Shown here in pieces: positions 24,367 to 37,877 of a stretch of DNA of 64,000 nt (positions within the stretch are counted from its first letter, which is position 1; every line of letters starts with the position of its first letter). Under the pieces are notes generated by a model that worked only from the letters and a program-made list of their open reading frames with translations, did not search any database and was not told where the DNA came from. Position numbers and translations under genes: made by a program. This DNA comes from Phoronis australis (Eukaryota; Animalia; Phoronida): the NCBI GenBank assembly GCA_002633005.1, contig NMRA01000591.1, positions 195,985-259,984 on the forward strand, in the 5' to 3' direction.

Positions 24367-25390
24367 AATACTCCCTGAAAACGTCAATCCATAATGAATT
24401 GACGACTCATTTTCACTTATTTAAGCGCTTAATTCGTGTTGGCCAAATTTGGGAAATGTCTTCTCACTATGCGCATGTTTTCGCACTCCGCTTGATAGTA
24501 CTGGGTACTGGTGGCCATGAAAAGCATTGTCCGTTCTGGTCTGTACCCGACTCCTTTTGAGACCTGCGCTCACCGACTAAAGTAAATCGCCCGCTCGCAT
24601 CAATTTCAGTCAAGTTCTCCTGTTTTTCCTTTGAAGCGTTGCACAGAGGCGATAACGACGTTTGCAACGGCGGAATTGGCCACGCGATGAGTAAACAACA
24701 ATCCGGCATAGATTGTGCTTGTCTCAGGATTTTGCATTTTTAAAAAAAGGCAGCGACTAACCATATCGCACCACCGACCTGATTGTAAATAAGCAGACTG
24801 GAAACAGTAATGCCTTTGGGCTAATGGATTGGTTTTATCGAATGGGTGTTACTCACTGCGTCTGTCACATTCAATATATACAGTGAGTACAACGATAACA
24901 CAAGAGGGCGGGCTCTCTAAAGATGTCACTCTAATGCCATTATGCATAAGGCAGTCCGATCTTGAGTCATATAGTTTTATGAATTGGGAATGAAAAATTA
25001 TATTTTATTAAGTTTTCGTATCAAAATAAAATTCAACTCCAAAAATACTGCGACTTATGATTTTCCACCATGGTGCCAACGGTCTATGCGAAACTTGCGT
25101 CAAGTTGGTTTTATATATTCGTTTGAAGATGCAAGTTGTTACTTCTCCAAAAACTCGTACAATCTGATGGAGTCCCATCCCTTCTTGATTCATGTTTTGG
25201 GGTGGAACCCTTTGTTTTTTTAATGCTGCGAGTTAGCATTCTTAGTTTCGCATAACACAACAGCGGATCATTGAGATTCGCTGTGGCAAATGTGTTATAT
25301 GATATCTGTAGTTTCAAATAAAACTGCTGCGTGGGTCAGTGACCTTCAAAAGTATACATTTGTATGTAGTGCTAAATGGACGGGTCAAAT

Positions 25391-28300
25391 ATTCACGAAT
25401 TCATTCATTCATGCATTTCAACATTTAAGGCTGTGGCCCACACGTTTCAAAAAAATTACAGTATAACGCTGAGCAGCTTTTCCCTGAGAGTAGTGGCGTG
25501 AAATACAAATTTCATTAGAATAATCTGAGCAATGGGCTCAGAAATTTTCATTAGCTTTACAAATTTATGTTTATTTGGTTCACGCCAGCACCACTCAGGT
25601 ATAAAAGCCATTCTGAGAGAACAGTACATTTTACAAACACATGTAAAATGGTATTCATCTTCAAATAGGGTCACACAGAAAGAACAAACAGGGTATTTGT
25701 GGTCCACAAGAGCATGTATACCTTTCTCTATCATCAAGTTATGGTTGGAGCAACGTAATTGAGCCATAGCTGCTAAAAAAAAACAAGGAATATCACGTAA
25801 CAGATAGGATTCCATTTCAAAATCAATTTTAATGAGGATTATGTAATAAGTTTTGAGCTATTCTTCACAGCAAAGGTACAGTCTTGTAAAAAACAGTCTT
25901 TAACTCGCTGCTGAAAAAAGACAAGAAAAGATGCTTCGCAGCCAAATCCCTGATTGTACCAATCCGAAACCATACATTTGCAACAAATTCCTAACAGATG
26001 AAGCCCAATTTTTCCTACCAGCATCACCCAATGTGACGAGCTTGTCATAGACAGATTTTGGATTTCTATGTGCTGGCATGTTTAACAATTTAAACCAATA
26101 CTTGATCAATTTAACTAACAGCTTTACATAAAATGAATACCTTCCCAATTCTCCCAGAACAGCATGATTTGGACAGTTACTTCCAACACCCAACAGTTGC
26201 TTACAGAATTTCAATTGGACGCGCTTGATACTAGAATATTCTTTAAATCCCGAATCTCACATCCATAGCTAATGATTGGGTATATCATTTTATCAAAAAT
26301 CTCGAGAGTAATATTCGGTGAAAGTTGTCCACATTTTTGTGAAAACGTTCAATTGAAAAAATTGCTTTCTGTGCCTGGTGAGACAAAATTTCCGTAGCTT
26401 GCGTCCAGACTAACTTAGGAGTAAGGCAAATACCTAGGTACTTACATGATGAGACGACATCTATTTTGTCATTACCAAAATGCCATTTTTAGGATTTTCT
26501 CAATGATCCGCCAATTCAAAATACCATTATTTTTGTTTTTGTATTGATGCAGAGTGTAATTTTTTCCTGTAGTTTAAACAGTACACACCATGGATTTTTG
26601 CACATTTTGAATTACCGGTGGCCACAGAATAAATGTATGACGTAAAATTTAGCTAAACCCATGTTTATTTTGTGCAATAAGCTCGAAATTTTAATTTTTC
26701 TTTCAATTTTGCCAATTTTCACATTTCCCGCCGTGTGACGTCATGGGTTGAACACAAGAGATAAGTGACTAGCATTGAACAATGGTGGAGAGCAGTGAAC
26801 TTGAAAGTGACGACGATTATGAGCAAGAATTGAATGAATACTATGAAGAAACGAAGGGAAATGGTGGCCAGGATGAGGAAATGGGGTTGCACGAAAGCGA
26901 GAAGAAGTTTAATGTGCTTCTGGCTGCGTACTTTTCTACTTTGAGCCTTACGAACTGGATCCTCCCGCGAGAGAAGCGGCCTCGGGCTCAGCGAGTCAAC
27001 CTAGTCGTCCAACACACGATCCTGAATAAAGAGCCGATGTTTCTTAATGATAAATATTGTCCTTTATTGAACCAGGCCTTCATCGTAACATATCCTGTGA
27101 CTGGAGTCGAAACACGAGTCCTCAAAGTGGGCAGAACACAGAGTGGCCTCTGGCCGAATCGCTTGGTCCACGATGAGGTCCCACACTCTCGTTCGGCGCG
27201 CGAAGCGATGCCACTTCTGCGCAACTTTGGTGTCCTTCGGAACACCGAGACGTTCTCCGCCTGGCTGCAGTTGCTGCAGCCTCCGGAAACACAACTTTTG
27301 ATCCCTCTACGAACCTTATCGACGCTAAATGTACATTGCTTTCACTTCACTCTTAATTGTCTCTGATCCGAACAGTATGGCGAACGACCAGGGTTCAACC
27401 CATGACGTTGTACATAATTATTATTTTTTCAATTTTTGCGTGTTTCTGTATGAGATGTGCACTAAAGGCACTGAAATCAAGTAAGATATTATAACAAAAT
27501 TTATTTTGAGATACATGTACTAGAGTCATGTTGTGTACACTTTAAATGCTGTCTCTGCACAACCAACCATATCATCAGCGTATAGCAATATACAAATTTG
27601 AGGCACATTCTCATTTACGTAAATTCCACTAAAAATTATTTTAAGTAATGAACAAACTCGTTCAAATACATACTAAATAAAAAATGACTAAGCCTACACC
27701 TTGGCGAGTACCAACGTTATTACATGTACTAAAATAATTAACCCACGCTAAGTTCTTACACACGCTCTTAGCTTTGAATACATACTTTTCATCAATTTTC
27801 AAACTTTACCATGAATTCCTATTTTTGTAGCCTATTCCACAAAAAAATACGTGAAATACTGTCAAAGGCCCGAAAAAAATCTACGTATATACCACAAAAT
27901 CTGCGCCTGCGCTTACTCAAGTACTTATGAACAATTCCTTGTAAGGTAAAATTTTGGTCTATTGTACTATACTCCTTTATTAAACCAGCCTGAGCTTCGT
28001 TAAATAAGTCATTATCGTTGGCCCAACTTGTTAGACGAGCGTTTATAAGTTTCGTAAAAAATTTCTCGAGAACAGGCAGAAGTGAAATACCCCGATAACT
28101 ATTTACGTCATTGACGTCTCCTTGCTAATGCAATGGACATAACATAGCGTCACACCAGGATTGAGGAAATTCCCCTAATCGTAGAACACTATTAAAAATA
28201 TTTGTCAAAACAGGTGTTGTATAATCTTTGGTAGACTTGAAGAGTTCATAAACGAGTCCGTCAACACCGGAAGCTTTACCTCTCAGTAGGTCCCGAAGAA

Positions 28301-30170
28301 CGATAAAAATCTCACTTTAGATAAAATCATGATTCATTTGCTTCGGGTCATCTACCAGACAGTCATTACAATACACATCGTCACTTGACAAGTTTCTTTC
28401 TACTTGTCCAAGCATACATCTATTATCAGGTTTTTCTTGGTTTAAGAGTGACTGAAAGCGGCTAAACCATTCATCGGCAGAAATAGATGTATCTGACGTC
28501 ATTTTCCTAGAGCATGATTTTACTAGCTGCCAAAACGCTCTGGAATTGTTAACATTTTTAGTTAAGGTTTTTCTCAGGCCATCTTTGAATAACATTTCTT
28601 TTGGCTTACATTCACATTTGAATATTTGTCGCAAATCTCTGTACTTAAAATATTAAAATTAACCTGATTTTTATAGTGTCGGAAAGCAGACAACGCACAA
28701 TTTTCCCCCTTTTCAGCATCTCTAACTGCTCATCCCACCATGACGGTGGGGTTTTTACAAATTTAACCGCGGCACTGGAGTGTACAGTCATGTCGCAGGC
28801 AGCTGATTTATACATTTCATTTAACAACTGAACTGCTTCTTCAACCCGACTACTCTCAATAAGATTCGCAATATCACTATAGAACACTTGGAACACACTG
28901 ACAAACTTGTTCGTGTACTGACTACAACTTTCAGCCTTCCATCTAACTCTGTCATATTCACGGACGGTATAATTTGTGCTATGAACAGTGTGATCCTGTG
29001 ACTGAGTGAAGCCGTGAAAAACACAAACAAGAGGAAGGTGATCAGACACATCCAATAAATCAACTTTAAAATCTGAAACAAAATCAAACACTTCAGTGGA
29101 CAGTAGTACATAATCAACTATACTACACCCTTTATTAGATAAACACGTAAAACTCTCCTTCCTCATCATCTGGAAATCTACCGTTTCATGCATGAAGATT
29201 TAACTTGCAACACATTCTCACAAGTGATTTTCCAAATGAATTAATAACATGATCTTTACTAACCCTTGAAAAATAAAGGTAACTTGAGTCATACCATTCT
29301 CCTGAAGGCAAAACTTCTGCTGAGTCGTCTTGAATATGATCGGGGAATTTGCCAATTCTAGCATTAAGATCGCCAGCAATCAAAAGAGATACGTCTTCGC
29401 GGGCATTCAAAATGGCCTCTTCAATACCACTTCTAAATATTTCTACACCATTCTTTTCAATTTCATTTTCATATACTGTCGCACCCTCAGGTGGCAAGTA
29501 AACACAACAGAATAATGCATCCTCTTCAGTACATAATAGAATCTTATCAATTAGAAAAATACCAAAATCAAAATCACATTTCACTCGAGTTACATACCGA
29601 GCTAAACATTTTTTTTACAAACACACAATACTCCACCGTTTACTGAAACATTTGTACCCAGGCAAAAAGTTATCAAGCTGATTTTCGTCCGCTACCTAAG
29701 TTTCTACGACTACAACTAAATCGAAAGAACATAAATAATCAACGATACATGTACTTCTGTTCTCTGTTTTGCTACCTAATACGTGTACATTCCAGACTGT
29801 TGTACGTATTTCGCTGGTCCTTCAAGGCTCTGGGCCGTGGCCAAACTGTTAGGCATTTCTTTAGATATCTTGATTGATTTCTTTAACCATTTTCTCTACA
29901 TCATCGTAAATAAACTGTTTTCCACGCCAACGCTTGTTAAATTGTATACATTCTCCATATTGCTTTCGTTTGCAAACGTGTACAGCTTTTCTTACATTCA
30001 TCGAAAAATCTTCAGAGATGTGAATTGATTCACGAATTATCATGAAAGGTTGGAATAAAGCGAGTTTTTACGCCAAAAAGATTATGTTTGAGCTTCCTTC
30101 TGATCACAAGATCGTAAATTTGAATCAAATCATTCCACACTCACCATTGATACAAAACAACGCTCAATGA
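25391..30170 (-). mobile_element. Non-LTR retrotransposon (APE + RT, RTE-X-like), near full length but degenerate
   Basis: ORF1 remnant IHISEDFS..VR (about 30030); APE motifs CVYLPP, IAGDLNARIG, SIVDY, SDHLP; RT motifs KASGVDGL, YRGISLL, GTRQG, LLYADD (about 27580), YLG; C-terminal LRCSNHNL.IEKG..C..C..EDEYHF..C; (TGAA)n tail at about 25400. Confidence 0.88.
26578..27541. mobile_element. Kolobok-like DNA transposon (internally deleted, THAP domain) inserted into the LINE RT
   Basis: TTAA on both sides (26574-26577, 27542-27545); TIRs ACAGTACACACCATG and AGTGTACACAACATG; removing it restores the LINE frame CAETAFKLQEK; minus-strand THAP motif C-x4-C (SCVSGGCSN)...PKD..W...LCSAHF across one frameshift. 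Confidence 0.8.
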
Positions 30171-33100
30171 AATTTTGAAATGTTACTTCTTGATATTTTT
30201 TATTTGTTATAGTCCTGTTCTAGGTATCAAACTCATCTGTTTTATACTAGTCCACTATTGGCGAGAAAGACGGACCCAATGCGCATGCGAACCGGGGACC
30301 ATCGGGGCGCACCCAAAAACTACATGTATGGTGATTGAATTAATTATCCTTTGATAAAGCACACATTTATTTTGAGACTGTATAGCACCCTTGGAAGATG
30401 GCCAAATTCGGCTAAATTCGGAACATCCAATTTTGAAGCAACAGTAGGATTCATGTGAAACTTGTGACGAACGCATATAGGTGACCGACGACTGTGGTTA
30501 AAAATTTCCCACCTAGAACGACGGCACCGTCAGTTTTTCTTGTATCTTCTAGAATAATGTGCCGTAGCATGACTGAAATGATTATGAGTAAAATCGTCGA
30601 AACCTGGTCGCGTGCAAGTTAAAGCTCAGCAAATTTTTGTCACCATAGCGTCGCAATGCTTTGGAAAATAACGACGAAATAGTCGGATTTTCGCCGTAGA
30701 CGCATAACAGGAGATAAAAGCTAATGTGGTCACGTGTTTCTATCCGAACGCGTGGCGATATGTGTCGAAAGCAAGCGGGGTCTTGCGTTTTTTTAGAATT
30801 TCTTGCGTGTGCGGACGCAGCCCGGATTGAGCTTTCCTCTGGATAACCCACGCTCAATAGATTTGCGTCACTATGTCATCACAATGCTCTAAGCACAACA
30901 AAAGACTAACACTTCATGTAGACAGAAGATGCTCATCGGTAAGTCAATAATGACACTCTTAGTACAGAGTTCCATCTATTTTGAATGAAAATCGGAATTT
31001 TCAAAATCGCCTTTTCAGTTCACCCGAGATTGAATATGAAAATTAGAAATTACTTCCTAAACGCTCCAACTAATTCGAAGTGGACAACTTTGGAAATAGG
31101 AATTTGCTAAATCGCTTTTCCCCAGGCTAATTACGCTCGTGTATCTTTACAAACCATGATCATGAACAGCTGACGCAGCTGAATATCGTAAAAACATATC
31201 ACTCAAGTCTGATCGTCACATGTTGCCTGTTGCATTACAATCGAAAACAGTCTCCGGGTCACCTCGAATATTAATGTAGGTGTTTCATAACCGCACACGT
31301 GTGCACTTTCGTTATCAAATATCATGAGACTCCTAAAGTGCCCAGGATATCTTAGTATGCACGTAATACACCACAAGACAGACTAAAATAGCAAATAACG
31401 CTAGACTGAAGCCATGATTTTAGCGTCCCCTAACCAAATCCCTTTGGTGATTGAATTTCGCAATTGTGCAGATATGAAGCGCCACAGAGGCCGGGATACC
31501 TTTGAAGTTACGTAAACATCGGAAGTATTTCATCAGCCCTCGTAGGTGTTCAATACCTGCACACTTACGAACATCCTTCAGTTCAGCAAGTCACGTGATT
31601 CTTTAAAAGGAGGATGACTATCGGATCATCGGGGGACCGAGGGCAACGGTTGCGATCGACGTCGACGTAATAGGCTGAATGCATGGATTTGGCCTTCCCT
31701 AACCAAGTAAAAAATCGCTTCGCTGTTATGAGTTCCCATACGCGCGGATATGAAAAACTTCAGAGTTCCGAGTGATAATTTGAGGCTGTAAAAATACTCA
31801 AGTAGTTCCGGATGAGGAGAGCATGTGACCGCATTAGCACGTGTCAAGCCACTTTTTTGCATCTGCGGAACGCAGAGTTGATTGTTATGGTGAGACGCAT
31901 GTTGACTGGAGGAAGTTAAAAACAGGCGCGAAAAAAATGCCCACGTCTGGGTAATTTGGCTGAGAGATAAAGAAGCGGTGACGTAAAACTTTAGGTTGTT
32001 CACTGAACAATTATTGTATTTTTCTCCCTGTCATTAATCGTTACAAAAGCACACTCTACGAGTCTTGTAGTACTTTGACGTCAAATCTGTGTATTTTGCC
32101 AAACATCCACAAAACTGTAGACTTAAACTCAGTAAAGGATTATATTTTCTGAAAGCAGAAAATCTGTAGAATTACATGAAGGTTTCCAACTTAATACGAA
32201 TCACTAATCGGGTGACGTGACCATACATTTTCAATTATATAACTTAGAAAAAATGATAGGTGCATTCTGAGCTTAAAAACGAAAGCGCAATTCTGTTACA
32301 TTTTTCTAAATTATCACGTTTTCGCCTTTTGCATGTTTCATTTCTACCCTTATGTAAAAGTGGAAGATGTCAAAAGCAATTCCTAAGAGCATTTTGGGGA
32401 ACAGTGGAGGAATCGTCACTTAATATTTTCAATTTGGATACCAGTGCATAAAATATAGTGTCTCGATGTTTCATATGGCTCCTATCAGCCTGTTCTCAGT
32501 AGATCTGGTGTTCAAAACTTAGCATTTTTCACAGTCGTTACGTAACGTAAGAAGTTTGTGTTACAGATATGTAGCTGGGCGTTTGATTCTGCCACCAAAC
32601 AAGCCCCCCAACTGCTGTCGTTGTGAACCATGCGACTAAGGTTCTTCGGTTTTCCGTTTGTGAAGGCAACTTAGGACTGGAGTGCTACGGCCCAGCCCAG
32701 ACCACCCGAAAAACTAAACTTGATAACGCTATTTTTGGTTGCGGATATCTCTTTATCGTAAATAACATCCACGAGCGGCGTCTCCTTCTGCCACGTTTTA
32801 ATAAAACGCAGTGTAGAGCTTTGCGCAACTTAGTGTACGGCCAGTCAGTAATTTTACTAGATTAGACACTTACAGTTGTTGACTTGAGAATTTAAGCTAT
32901 CGGCCAACATCAATTATTCACCACTGATGCTTCTTAGCTTCAAAGCTGATGTACGGAGCAGCTTCTTGCAAGGACAGTGACAGTTAACGATTAATACCCA
33001 ATTCATTACGTCTAACAACCCGCCAGCGCACGGAAAGCTTGATCCGGCTCGCGGTCTAATCCCAGAGCTACGAACTCCAAAATATGTCTGACATTTCCTG

Positions 33101-33899
33101 CTCTTCCGCATCAAAAACGTAATTAAAATACTTACCCGATATTCCGGCTTATTACAAATTTGAATTTGTTAGCACTTACTGACACCATTTTTATTTGGGG
33201 TCATCAAGTGCGAACTTGAACTAAAATTCATCTGAGCATACCGTCGCGCTCTCTTACAAACGGTCATTGACGCCCACTGTCCTACGCGTTGCAGAAAAGT
33301 ATTAGAATAATTCGGACTTCAGTGTCGACAGAGTACCAAGAGCAGATGCTCAGCTTCTGCCCTGTTTCGGAGACTCCGAGACGGTTAATACGCAGAAATA
33401 CTACTCGTGATCTTTTTATCTGACCTGGTGTGTGCAAAGAAAACCAGTAATGTTTACTTGTCTTGTTTGATAACATGAAAAACTTTGTTTTTAAGAAAAA
33501 TGAATTTAGGTTGATACAAGCACCCCCTTCGCTTTACTGAAAATGTTATGGCATTGTTATTGAGGATTAACTCTTATAAATTATGTGTTAATTTACCTAC
33601 GCCAGGGATACATACATGTACCTAGTGGCCCTGCATTTCGCTGATTTGGATTCACATTATCGTACACTTTATAAAGTGACAGTATGGACGTGAATAGCAT
33701 TACTGTCTGTAGTCACTGAGCCCTAGCGCACATTCGAACAGCTAACCTTAACGCTATCTTGCACCTGGTGAGTAAGGGTATTTAAATGGTGAAGCCATCG
33801 ACCTTGATTTCAACGAATGTTTGGCAGACATCGGCAAGAATTAGCGATTTGCTTTTTCTTACATGACTTATGCACCATTCTCAGCGTGTCCTACTCATT

Positions 33900-34020
33900 G
33901 AACACAGGCCGTCCAAGTCACGTGACCCACGCACCGCTCTCAACTACCCATTTAACACAGGCAGTCTAAGTCACATGATTCACATACCACTCCTAACTAA
34001 CAATGAACATAGGCCATCTA
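33900..34020. repeat. Minisatellite, about 53-bp unit, about 2.3 copies
   Basis: AACACAGGC.GTC.AAGTCAC.TGA..CAC..ACC.CTC..AACTA repeats. Confidence 0.8.
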
Positions 34021-34179
34021 ACATATCCAGCAGATCCTTTTGTTAGTTTGTTCATTTGAACGAAACTGGCGTTGAATCGTCTTACTGGAACTCCAACAAC
34101 CAGAAACAAGTCTTTAAATTTTGGAAAAAATAGTTTATTTCAAATCAGCAAAATGCAAAGCCCCTAGACAAAATACCTA

Positions 34180-35260
34180 ACAACGGTATTTCATCAGAGA
34201 ATGTGTATGGATTATTGCGTAGCTATGACGTGCTAATGATTGTTTTGTAAATTGTATTTCCAATGAAGCGGAGAGATAGCGCAAGACTAAATTGCTGTCA
34301 TCAACCAACAAACATTTCTTAACTTGCCTCAGTCTAATTACGCCTACTTGTATAGAAGATACATCCCCCAAGCACAAAACACTAATTCCCTCATTCAATC
34401 AGTAATCAGCTTATACAAGAGTTTGATACTTAGCGTAGGCAGGAGATCGCAGTATGTACTAAAACATAAAATACATGTAGCTGTTCACGTATTGGTCAGA
34501 CCAGCTGCACTACGGCACTTACATAACTGTCAGACCAGACGTAGGAAGGCCTAGTTTGTTGTTTGCAAATATCTCATATAAATCGGCAAGATCCGGACTT
34601 CGTAATTTTTAAGAAACAGGCTGTAAGCCTACGTTCCATCTCAAAAAACTAGTTTTTGATTGAATGAGTTTACCGTTATGGAATTCGTCTCAAATTGTGC
34701 CTTTGTCCAATTGGAGGTGATTTCGGGGCTTTCAGGTGGTTTGTCACGACCTGTCATTTAATGTAACAAGCATGTGTATGTTAATGCAGAAACCACTTCT
34801 CAATTCTGAAAGGAACAAGTCAAGACTTATCTAAACGGTCTTTGTGAAACGACTGCTTCTTGGGTGGAACGTTGAAATATAGTCGCGTAAAGATATTTGC
34901 AATTTATTGTACAAAGCGAACCAGTTAAAGAAAAAGCTACATGTACCGACAAAAATTATGAATATTCTATCTTTCTGCTATTGGCATTGTTCCCCTTGCG
35001 CATGCTTGGAATGAAGACTTGCAGACATCTCATAAAGGCTCTATGTGCCAACCTAGAAATTTTAGTTCTAATGAGATTCTTTGTAGATTTGTGATCCACT
35101 GCAATACTAAGTTAAAGTCAGAATGATTATCGTCTGTGCAATATGAATAAATCCTGTACAAAATTTTTGCCAGTCAACACTCCCTGATCCAAACGTTGTC
35201 AAGATCAAAATCCAGCAAATCTCTTTAAAAGGCCAACGAGGACATGGAATAACAAAAACG
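34180..35260 (-). mobile_element. Possible highly decayed hAT-like transposase remnant
   Basis: Weak minus-strand peptides in hAT order: GVLTGKNFVQDLFIL, LDLFLSELRSGF, RLRQVKKCL...RYLSASLEIQ. Many stops. Confidence 0.25.
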
Positions 35261-35409
35261 TACACTACTAAAAATTTTAGGGAACCATTTTTAGTTCCAA
35301 AATACTTTTTAAGAGGTCAATTTTGTGTCACATTGAATTTTGTGCAAATTAGAAGAAGTATCCAAGGTTGTCACAAGGGATACTAAGCTAAATCTGTTCT
35401 CGAACATAA

Positions 35410-37065
35410 CTTAAAAGATGACGTCTTCACAGCATTTTTCGACCTTGAACTTGAGCACGCTCCAACGCTAGGCCCCGAAGTTGATCAGGCCCCGGTTTGA
35501 CGGGGATTCTGCCACTGTTTGGTCTTCAGTAACCACAACCATGACGATGCTGATTCCGATGCAGCTACCACCGACTTCATCATAGACGTCTTTGAATTGG
35601 TTGGAGTTCCCAGCATCCTAGACATTCTCCACATGCTTGATGCCACAAAACCCTTTGCTCCTGCTTCAACCTCCATCCATTTCTCAAACACTCATGGCTC
35701 AGCTCGTTGTATTTCAAAGCGTCCCTCTCCTGGGCATCCTGTATCCTGGTTTACCAGGGCACAGTTAATTCCACCAAGACTACCACCTTTGCATTGTCTG
35801 ACCATAAAACAATGTCAAGTCTTGAAGACGTAGAAGCAGCATGGGTAGGGAGTCTACTTTGTTTCTTCGGGTCTGCCTCCATGCACCAATCATTTGCCAC
35901 CTGAGATAAAATCCCTCCTGCGTTACTGATACCCCTCTTGCAGCCAGCCACCGTAAAATCGATAATCATCTTCATTACTTTCCGCTTGGTTCTTATCTCC
36001 AGGTCTAATGTGTGCACATTTTACGTAAGCACCTTGTTGTCTGCTTGCTTATACCCGAAGTTTTGATAAGCTGACAAATCTGTCTCAGGATACTCGGATT
36101 GTGAAAACTTCCATTGCTTTTGACACCTTACAGTCTTCAACGAGAAATATTAGTGGAAGGGATATAGTTGCCGTCCTACTATATAATCCCCCTCACGTGA
36201 AGCTCGCCGGTACCCTCAACAATTTCCTGATAAGCTGGTTAGCCTCCCGCTCCATCGATTCCACTGTCGAGATCGGAATGCCGTAAATCGATATTGGTCA
36301 ATGGATCTTGAGCAATAAACCGAACCCATAACACCACAGCTTGAACTTTCCTGGCAAAGTACACCCATTGATCTTCTTCAGACGGCCTGAACAGGCCTAC
36401 TGTGGCCCTTGCGTTTGCGATGTCGCTTATACTGCTGTCCTATACATTGCCCAGACATTCACCTACTTCTCGCCCAATGATGGAACCTCCTCGCATCTTG
36501 AAATTCATCCTGCCCCAAACAATTAGCTCTTCTAGTTTCTTCAACACCCAACTTGCTCCTACCGCTGTTGATGTGGTAACTGTTAGCTCATCAACGAATG
36601 CACGACACAGGGAAGACGTCTGCCTTTTCCCCTGCACTCTTTGCTTGCTCGACGAATAATGAGGTTCATCCCAAAAACAAACAACGTGACTGAAATGGTG
36701 CACCCGGTCAAGATCATTTTGCCAAAGGCTTGAAATCTCTGTGAGCTCCTTCGTGGAAAATCGCATCTGTATACTGTTGAAATAGTTTTTGATGACCCTT
36801 TAAACTCTTCCTAGAAAATGATAAGTCGCCATAGCCTTCCTAATCATCGAATGTGGCTGGGAACCATAAGCATTCTCTTAATCTAACCACACAACTGCCA
36901 AGTCCGACTTGTTTTCCTTTGCATTGCCGATATGTTCAATTAGAACATCATGATTCAGGCAATTCGACTGTCCTGGTACACTACCTTTCTGCACTGTGGG
37001 GTCGATACTTCCATTCCGCAGGGCGTACTTGACAATTGGTGATGCAATCACCACAACGAAATGTT
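35410..37065 (-). mobile_element. Hero/R2-group non-LTR retrotransposon remnant (RT + restriction-like endonuclease)
   Basis: IDPTVQKGSVPG..CLNH, DLAVVWLD..NAYGS.PH, RAFVDELTVTT, LDIVLWSD..VVVLVELTVPW, VEAGAKGF, ASSWLW. Confidence 0.85.
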
Positions 37066-37741
37066 TGCATTCCCTGTAGTCTTTTATTCTCTTTGCATCT
37101 TGATTACAATTTCCAAAAAGTTTAAAGAAAAAAAACATGTCTAGGTTCACAGAATGCCTTCTTGACTTTAAATTCATGCACGTAAGCGATGCAAAAAGGA
37201 TTACGGAGATTGCACATCTCCTATAATCCTTGGTCATTCTAGGTTTGCGTAAGAGCCCACAACTGTCGGCGTCGAATGCCAACTCCCGCACGTGACCCAT
37301 GTATTCACGTGTTAGAGCCTGCTACCCCGTTATTTCAAGTAACTATCTACGACAGTTTTCACTGTGAACTTCCTGTTGTCAGTTCCACTGAGTTTTGATC
37401 GAGTGTTGTAGTTAGTTATCAGATCAAGCCTAAATTTATTGCTTCGTTTTTATTTTATCCTTCTTGCACGATCAATTATTATACAAACTCTAACGTAATT
37501 TAGATGTTGAGCAAAAATTTGCAGCCACTTTCGAGGTTTTTCAAGACAGTTTTGGCTGATATAACCATCTGTCAGCGTTTTACGGAAATAAATTACACTT
37601 GGTTTCTAGGTGTTCGTTTGGCAATTACAAATGAAAAGTACGCTAATACTGTACGTGTCTTTACGTAACTTCTGTCAAACCCCTGGTTTATTTACATGTA
37701 TTTGTTCAGTTAACTACATACTTGACTTTGCCTATAAATAA

Positions 37742-37877
37742 ATGGGGTGGGGGGAGGGGGGGGGGCTACAGCCCTCCAGCCCTCTATGGTGCGTCGCCTA
37801 TGAGACCATGGGTGGCGCAGCACTGAAATAAGTGGGGGGGCTATAGCCCTCCAGACCCACATGGCGCGACGCCCATG
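37742..37877. mobile_element. Two adjacent short G-rich MITE-like units
   Basis: 37807-37877 is bounded by CATGGGTGGCGC...GCGCGACGCCCATG. The preceding unit shares GGGGGGGCTA.AGCCCTCCAG...ATGG.GCG.CGCC.ATG. Confidence 0.65.

Noticed and set aside
26782-27366. 194-aa plus-strand ORF as a host gene
   Set aside because: Inside the Kolobok-like insert; most of it is the antisense of the THAP remnant.
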